In this document: positions 1 to 5,293 of the stretch, piece after piece
Position numbering within the stretch: the first letter of the stretch is position 1
Layout of the letters: each line of letters opens with the position of its first letter
DNA from: Amoeboradix gromovi X-113
Taxonomy: Eukaryota; Fungi; Sanchytriomycota
Assembly: GCA_018985225.1 (NCBI GenBank)
Contig: JADGIF010000537.1
Location: forward strand, 1 to 6,936
DNA length: 6,936 bases
Direction: 5' to 3'
Made by a program: the position numbers and the translations under genes
Notes under the pieces: generated by a model
What the model was told of the DNA's origin: nothing
What the model saw: only the letters and a program-made list of their open reading frames with translations
Database searches by the model: none

Positions 1-364
1 TAGAAAAGTCCTGGAAGAGAGTGCATCGAAGTGATATATCTTATTTAGTAACGATAAATTGCAATTTTACTTAAAATAAGAATTACAAAGAATTTATTAA
101 TGATAATGAATGACTTAATTCAGCTAAATTCTATCGCATAAACAATGAAAGGAAATACGAAAACGAAAGAAAGGAGAATTATAGAGGGCGAATTTTACAA
201 AAACGGAAAAGCTGTCAGCAAGGGCAGAGGTTTTGAAGCACCGGTATCTGATAAAGACAAGGACAGTCAAATCCGTGTGAAACATATTAGAGAATTTCAA
301 AATTATTTTAGAAATTTGGACCAACGACTAGTTCCCCATAATTAAGAAATTCAATAAAAATCAA

Positions 365-420
365 TCCAATAGCAACCATCACCTAGGTTAAATGCTAAGA
401 TCTGATATAAATCAGAGTCC
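365..420 (-). ncRNA. Candidate omega-RNA scaffold / right-end remnant of Fanzor copy A
   Basis: Lies at and just downstream of the copy A stop codon. Contains a 6-bp hairpin TCTGAT-ATAA-ATCAGA (401-416) and a bulged stem TAGC/AACC...GGTT/GCTA (370-397). The position fits TnpB/Fanzor omega-RNAs, but the stems are short. Confidence 0.22.
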
Positions 421-786
421 ACATTTCTCTAGTGTAGACAACTTGGGTAGATACCATTTAAGCATATTCTTGCCTGGATTGATATCTTTATGGTCTTCAT
501 GACCGCATATAATGCATTTGATCTTTCTCAAATGCACGCTTTTTCTCGATTGGTAATTACATCTTAAACATTGAATGGTGGAGTATGCCTCGTTTCTAAT
601 AAACAATTTCTGGTTATAGATCTTGTATTTATGCGACTGTCTCTTCTTGAAATTATGTTGTCCAAGAGACTGCACCTCTCTCTTTTGGTTTCAAGGCAGA
701 TTCATTGTCATTCCCTGAGCTGCGAATTTTGGTAACAAGATTACTGGACATTTGCGCAAAGACCAAAGTATATATAAAAGAGTAAA
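412..786 (-). pseudogene. Fanzor2/IS607-type TnpB-like RNA-guided endonuclease remnant, copy A (C-terminal part)
   Basis: Extending ORF 412-675 upstream through one in-frame TGA (691-693) gives LRKCPVILLPKFAAQGMTMNLP*NQKREVQSLGQHNFKKRQSHKYKIYNQKLFIRNEAYSTIQCLRC...CIICGHEDHKDINPGKNMLKWYL. This follows the Fanzor2/TnpB motif order: ILLPKF, HxxFKxRL, NEAYTS (RuvC-II Glu, codon 591-589), CxxC...CxxCG zinc ribbon, DxNxxxNxL (RuvC-III Asp, codon 486-484). No intact RuvC-I or N-terminus is seen. More decayed sequence may continue to about 1011. Confidence 0.8.
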
Positions 787-1134
787 TTATACGATTAGTT
801 AAAGAATTGTTTATTTTTTGCAATCTTTGACTAGACTCTATCGTTCAATATAGTTACTCCAGTTTTTACATTTGTTTTGCGCAACTATCTTTAAAGTAGA
901 ATAATGTTTTTGAAAATATTTCTTTTCAAAGATTCTGAAAATTATAATTTTTCTATTTGGTGACTCAAATGGTAAAAAAACCAAACTGACAGAAAAGAAA
1001 TTATCGTTTAACTAAAGAGCCTAGTTTTAAGTTAATACAATATGGGGTACTTAGTGAAATTAGTTGTCTAGCTCTCACTGTGGGTGTCCCATGTGTAAGT
1101 AATGGAGACTTTGAAACTACTTATTCCTGCACAG

Positions 1135-1353
1135 ATGACCCAATACATAGTTGTTCTAAAGAAAGGTTCAGAAAAGCACTTGGACACTGTTAAAAGAGAT
1201 TTAGAATCTAAAGGTGCAAAAGTAACAAATACGTTTGATGGAACAGTTTTACTTGGCCACGTTGTTGATTTACCAGATAATTTAGTATCAAGTTTTGAAG
1301 CACACCCGCACGTTGATTATATTGAGAAGGACGGCAAAGTTAGCATCAACTAG
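1135..1353 (+). CDS. Peptidase inhibitor I9 family protein (stand-alone subtilisin-propeptide-like; Pbi2/POIA1-like), 72 aa
   Basis: MTQYIVVLKKG...LESKGAKVTNTF...GHVVDLP...HPHVDYIEKDGKVSIN matches the I9 pattern (YIVxLK start, VxYIExDxxV end). ATG 1135 is preferred over 1102 because it gives the usual 70-75 aa size with YIV near the N-terminus. Confidence 0.85.
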   Translation: MTQYIVVLKKGSEKHLDTVKRDLESKGAKVTNTFDGTVLLGHVVDLPDNLVSSFEAHPHVDYIEKDGKVSIN

Positions 1354-1357
1354 TAAA

Positions 1358-1840
1358 CTAGAATCTGCATTTATAAAGATATTCAATGTTCTTTAAATGT
1401 TGCATTTTTTCAATCTCGGATTGCAGCTGCTTACACTTCTTGTACTTTTCTAGTTTATATTCATTTTCCAACAAGAGAGTTTCGTTTAATTCTATTTCGG
1501 CCATCTTCACGCTTAATACATCATCCAATTCCGATAGTCTTGATTCAAACAAATCGTCTTTAACTAAGTCCACCCCAAACACAATTTTAAACTGCTGTCT
1601 GAAATGGTTTTCAATTTGTTCTGCATCTAGGTTTCCGACTTGCTCTATTATATCGGCATTTCTATTTCCTATATAAACGTCAAGTTGATCTTGAAAGTTG
1701 TTTTGCAAGGCCAGTTTTTTTTCATTCATGTTACTTTCAATTGACTTAAGAGTATCCATCTTCTTTGCATGCACTGACCTTATTTTAGAGTTTAAAAAGC
1801 GAGATTGCAGCTGATCAAATTCATTCAAATCCAGTTTCAT
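1358..1840 (-). CDS. Hypothetical coiled-coil protein, 160 aa
   Basis: Uninterrupted 483-nt ATG-TAG ORF in AT-rich DNA with E/K/L/Q-rich helical composition. The overlapping + strand ORF is its antisense shadow. No family was recognised with confidence. Confidence 0.65.
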   Translation of the reverse strand: MKLDLNEFDQLQSRFLNSKIRSVHAKKMDTLKSIESNMNEKKLALQNNFQDQLDVYIGNRNADIIEQVGNLDAEQIENHFRQQFKIVFGVDLVKDDLFESRLSELDDVLSVKMAEIELNETLLLENEYKLEKYKKCKQLQSEIEKMQHLKNIEYLYKCRF

Positions 1841-1891
1841 AAATTATTGAACACATAAGAAGCGTTTTTTCCAGAAGAGCATTCGATTTTA

Positions 1892-2552
1892 ATGGAACAA
1901 ATCATTAAAAATAATGGCATGATCTCTCCACTTGCAGTCAGTGACTTTTCTAGAGTTTTTCAGCTGAGTAAAAGCTGGATATTCGTTATTTTCATGACAA
2001 CATCTCTAATTACTACAGCTAGAACTCACGAAACCTAAAGACGTAAGATACAAGAAAAAATCATAGAGAAAATTTATACTTAAACTTAACGTTCAAGTAA
2101 ATGATATTACACAATATTGGCATAATAAGGTCTGCAATTATCCACAAATACAAATGGGACATCAGATATAAAAACTGGACTAACTTTCTATAACAACTTT
2201 GAACATTATTTCAGCTTTATTAATTTTATGGATTTAAGAGGCGAGTGGACATTCAGCTAGTTGCGGAGTTGACGGGTATAAAGGAAAATAAATAACTGTT
2301 TGTATCGAAATTTCAAAAATAGATATTCTGTACAGCTATTCTCTTACTCTTTCATTATTACACTTCAAAGAAATAGACAAGAGTAATGATGTTAGTATAA
2401 CATTACAAAATGACTCTAGAAAAGAGTACCGTCTAAGAAAATGCAGCTTTTGCTTAGATGCTCAAAAGACCTCATATATTTGAACGAGATGCAGGGTCTT
2501 CCACTATTATTTTGAAGAGGGGATTGAAAGTAATGAAAGAAAACTGGTATAA
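1892..2552 (+). pseudogene. Probable decayed piggyBac-like DDD transposase, C-terminal part
   Basis: Frame 2292-2552 reads ...RKEYRLRKCSFCLDAQKTSYI*TRCRVFHYYF, with TGA (2481-2483) at the expected Cys of the piggyBac cysteine-rich tail (RxCxxC...KTxYxCxxCxV). Weaker upstream fragments occur in the expected order but need several frameshifts: WIFVIFMTT, KIIEKIY..QVNDITQY (cf. YNxxMGGVDxxDQ), KWDIRYKNW, RVDIQLVAELTG (2242-2277). No TIR or TTAA pair was found. Confidence 0.45.
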
Positions 2553-2950
2553 TAGATCTTTTATTAATGATAGCATTTCCTCTGTATGGAGCACCTTTAA
2601 AACGAGTTAGTCTAGTTTTTATATTTGGTGTCCCAAATGACTTGATATATCTACTATGATTCAGTAGCAGTCAGATGCCCAGTAAGTTGTTGAGCAAAGT
2701 AGCCAGGAATATAGCTACTGCTTCACTAATCATTTAAACAGCGTGTTAAGTTCAATTACAAAGAAAGAGGAAAGATGTTTACATAGTGTAATGAAGCATT
2801 TACTAATCGAACGTGTATGATTTGTGGCATTCTTTGGAAAACCTGTTTCAACTAGTATAAATGCACAAGCTATAGTCTGGACAGGAAAGAGACCATAATG
2901 CAGCAAGGAATATGTTACTATTTGCATCGTTATTCAATTCCACTCTAAGA
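2545..2950 (+). pseudogene. Fanzor2/IS607-type TnpB-like RNA-guided endonuclease remnant, copy B (not in ORF track)
   Basis: Manual translation across three frameshifts gives CPK*LDISTMIQ (2629-2664) / PSKLLSKVARNIATAS (2678-2725) / H*SFKQRVKFNYKERGKMFT*CNEAFTNRTCMICGILWKTCFN*YKCTSYSLDR (2724-2885) / ERDHNAARNMLL (2885-2920). It keeps the RuvC-II Glu (2793-2795), the first CxxCG knuckle and the hallmark RDxNAARN with RuvC-III Asp (2891-2893). Boundaries are approximate. Confidence 0.82.
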
Positions 2951-3030
2951 AATGTAAGCATGAGCAAACGCTACAACGGGCGACTGGATTTTTTAGTTTG
3001 TCTGGCAAACTATCACCTATGCTTTAGACG
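2940..3030 (+). ncRNA. Candidate omega-RNA scaffold / right-end remnant of Fanzor copy B
   Basis: Downstream of the RuvC-III motif. Contains the hairpin TAGTTTG-tctgg-CAAACTA (2994-3012, 7 WC pairs plus one G-U). The call rests on position only. Confidence 0.22.
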
Positions 3031-3131
3031 ATATACGGGAAGTAATACAATATTTTAGATTGAATATCATCTAATGTCACATTTCATTACTTTTCGTCAT
3101 CCGCTTTACCCCCAGTTTATTTTTAGAGAGC

Positions 3132-4703
3132 ATGTCCCAAATGTCAAAGAGAAGAGAAGGAACAATTACCACCAGATTAGAATGGAGCGCTAATATCAAC
3201 GTCATGGAGGGTATGGGCAACTACAGAAAAACAGCGATAGTATGCACAATTGGAAAGAACAATTCAGTTGACTTCTTAGTTGACTTGATTGACGCTGGTA
3301 TGAATGTAGTCCGCTTGAACTTCTCGCATGGCGACCATGATTTCCATGGCAAAACGATTCAAAATGTGCGAAAAGCCCGCGAAATGAGACCTAAAGCGCT
3401 TGTTGCAATAGCATTAGACACCAAAGGTCCAGAAATCAGAACAGGTTTAGTGGCAAATGACGGAAGCTACACTGTGGAGAAGGGTAATATGATTATCTTG
3501 ACAATAGATGAGCAGTTCAGAAACAACTGCAGCGAAAAACAAATTTTCATTGACTACTTTGGTTTAACTCAAATGGAGGCTGGACGACTAGTTTATATCG
3601 AAGATGGAAATCTGACCTTGGAGATTGTATCTCGTATTGACGAAAAGAATCTTAAAGCAAAAGCATTGAACACTTTTACTTTAACTTCCAGAAAAAATGT
3701 CAATTTACCTGGTACAAACGTTGAACTGCCTGCCTTGAGCAAGAAGGACATCGAAGACATTACCTTTGGTGTAGAGCAAGACGTGGACATGATTTTCGCA
3801 TCTTTTATTCGAAGAGCACAGGATGTTATGGAAATTAAAGATCTATTGGCTGAAAATGGTAAGCACATCAAAATCATCTCTAAAATTGAGAACCAGCAAG
3901 GGATTAAGAACTTTGATGACATTTTGAGTGCTACAGATGGTGTTATGGTTGCTCGTGGGGATCTGGGAATGGAGATCCCATTGGAAAAGGTTTTTGTTGC
4001 GCAGAAGATGATGATCAGCAAGTGCAACATCGTTGGCAAGCCTGTAATATGCGCAACACAGATGTTGGAGAGCATGACCAACTCACCACGACCTACAAGG
4101 GCAGAGTGCAGTGATGTAGCCAATGCGGTTTTGGATGGTGCAGACTGTGTGATGCTGAGTGGAGAGACAGCCAAAGGAAAGTTTCCTATCGAATCTGTAA
4201 AGATGATGCATCAGATATGCATCGAAGGAGAATCCTCCGTATGCTATCCTCCGTTGTTTTTAGCTATCCAATCTTGCCAGCGTAACTTGTTAAACACAGC
4301 AGAAACTATTGCTAGCTCAGCTGTCAATGCCTGTATTGAACAGGGAATCTCTGCGATAGTTGTTTTAACTACAAGTGGAACAACAGCTCGTTTGGTCGCC
4401 AAGTACAGACCACAAGTACCAATCATCACAATCACAAAGTCAGAAACTACAGCAAGACAGTGTCATTTGTATAGAGGCTGTTATCCTGTCTTGCATAGTG
4501 TTCCAAGCACGCGACCATTAGAGGGAGAAGATTGGCAAAACCAGGTTGATGATCGTTTACAGGATGCAATTTCTAAAGCAATGGAAAAGGGATTATTAAA
4601 AAAGAACGATACGGTTTTGGCAATCCAAGGATGGAGAGCTGGATCAGGGCAAACTAATACGATCAGAATTGTAAAAGCAGAAGATGGATTTCAAAGTCAA
4701 TAA
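3132..4703 (+). CDS. PYK1: Pyruvate kinase (fungal CDC19/PYK1-like), 523 aa, apparently intronless
   Basis: Motifs RLNFSHG, ALDTKGPEIRTG, IISKIENQQG, DGVMVARGDLGMEIP, KPVICATQMLESM, PRPTRAE, DGADCVMLSGETAKG. Regulatory-domain motifs VLTTSGTTARLVAKYRP, WxxxVDxR and GSGxTN are typical of fructose-1,6-bisphosphate-activated enzymes. Confidence 0.98.
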   Translation: MSQMSKRREGTITTRLEWSANINVMEGMGNYRKTAIVCTIGKNNSVDFLVDLIDAGMNVVRLNFSHGDHDFHGKTIQNVRKAREMRPKALVAIALDTKGPEIRTGLVANDGSYTVEKGNMIILTIDEQFRNNCSEKQIFIDYFGLTQMEAGRLVYIEDGNLTLEIVSRIDEKNLKAKALNTFTLTSRKNVNLPGTNVELPALSKKDIEDITFGVEQDVDMIFASFIRRAQDVMEIKDLLAENGKHIKIISKIENQQGIKNFDDILSATDGVMVARGDLGMEIPLEKVFVAQKMMISKCNIVGKPVICATQMLESMTNSPRPTRAECSDVANAVLDGADCVMLSGETAKGKFPIESVKMMHQICIEGESSVCYPPLFLAIQSCQRNLLNTAETIASSAVNACIEQGISAIVVLTTSGTTARLVAKYRPQVPIITITKSETTARQCHLYRGCYPVLHSVPSTRPLEGEDWQNQVDDRLQDAISKAMEKGLLKKNDTVLAIQGWRAGSGQTNTIRIVKAEDGFQSQ

Positions 4704-4707
4704 CGAT

Positions 4708-4724
4708 GTAAACAATTAAATAAA
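4708..4724 (+). terminator. Putative 3'-end/polyadenylation signal of pyruvate kinase
   Basis: GTAAACAAT (4708-4716) followed by AATAAA (4719-4724), just after the TAA stop. Confidence 0.4.
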
Positions 4725-5052
4725 ACAGAAATGTCATCAACTCTTTCAACTTTGTTTGTCCTTGAATCGTTCGTCAAACCTCAAGATACCAATAGGCTCT
4801 TTCACGACCTGTGATTACGTTACATTTTTAGTATGAAGATCTAAGGGAATTCAGAGTTATAAGTATATGTATCCTTATTCAATCCCGCCACAGAGTAGTG
4901 CAAGCGTGAGCAATCATTGTAACGGAGCATCTAGCACTGCTAGTTTCTCTGTTGAAATTCTCGATTTTCTCGGAAATCAAGACTTTTAACGAGGAGCATT
5001 GACTAAAGTTGTAATTTCTTCTAATTCTGAGATTCTAGTTTCTGACTAGCAG

Positions 5053-5071
5053 TTTCATCACGGTGATGAAA
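5053..5071. repeat. Perfect 19-bp odd palindrome TTTCATCAC-G-GTGATGAAA
   Basis: Read directly: 9-bp arms and a 1-nt spacer, extendable by GCA/TGC across a 1-nt bulge (5049-5074). Confidence 0.85.
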
Positions 5072-5196
5072 TGCGTAAATATTTGTAGTTTACTTGCATT
5101 TGGTCTCAGCTGAGCTATATTTCTGCGTTTTTAGTTTGAAGCTACGAGCTAAACCAAGATTTAGAAGTCATGGAGACGTAAAGTAAATTTTTAATC

Positions 5197-5229
5197 TGGA
5201 TAAATGTGTAGATTAAGCATATTTATCCA
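5197..5229. repeat. Inverted repeat / hairpin upstream of the desaturase
   Basis: TGGATAAATGTG (5197-5208) pairs with CATATTTATCCA (5218-5229): 11 WC pairs plus one G-U, 9-nt loop. Confidence 0.75.
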
Positions 5230-5293
5230 TCGATCGATCACGCCTACTAATAAATAGCCAAGAACCCGCCATATAACTTCTGAAACATTTGAA

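Noticed and set aside
124-345. Overlapping 66-aa ORFs (145-345 + and 124-324 -); EGEFYKNGKAVSKGRG faintly MORN-like
   Set aside because: Short, only one degenerate repeat-like unit, and no serine recombinase or other recognisable motif. Cannot be supported as a gene.
1095-1134. Possible 40-nt intron GTAAGT...CACAG immediately before the I9 ATG
   Set aside because: Splicing puts ATG 1091 out of frame, and an in-frame model needs a second speculative intron. It may be a 5' UTR intron but cannot be decided without transcripts.
1386-1676. 96-aa plus-strand ORF
   Set aside because: Ser/Phe/Cys-rich antisense shadow of the 1358-1840 gene.
2742-2749. GTGTTAA as a piggyBac right end with TTAA target site
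   Set aside because: Lies within Fanzor coding sequence (KQRVK) and no matching left TIR was found.
2730-2927. 65-aa minus-strand ORF
   Set aside because: Antisense to Fanzor copy B, whose motifs explain the region.
3593-4435. Minus-strand ORFs of 193 aa and 63 aa
   Set aside because: Antisense shadows of pyruvate kinase.
4845-5290. RNase P/MRP, U1/U6 or telomerase RNA (GGGAATTCAGAG, ACAGAG and AATTTTTA motifs)
   Set aside because: Only isolated partial motifs. The other conserved regions, a canonical Sm site and a telomeric template were not found.
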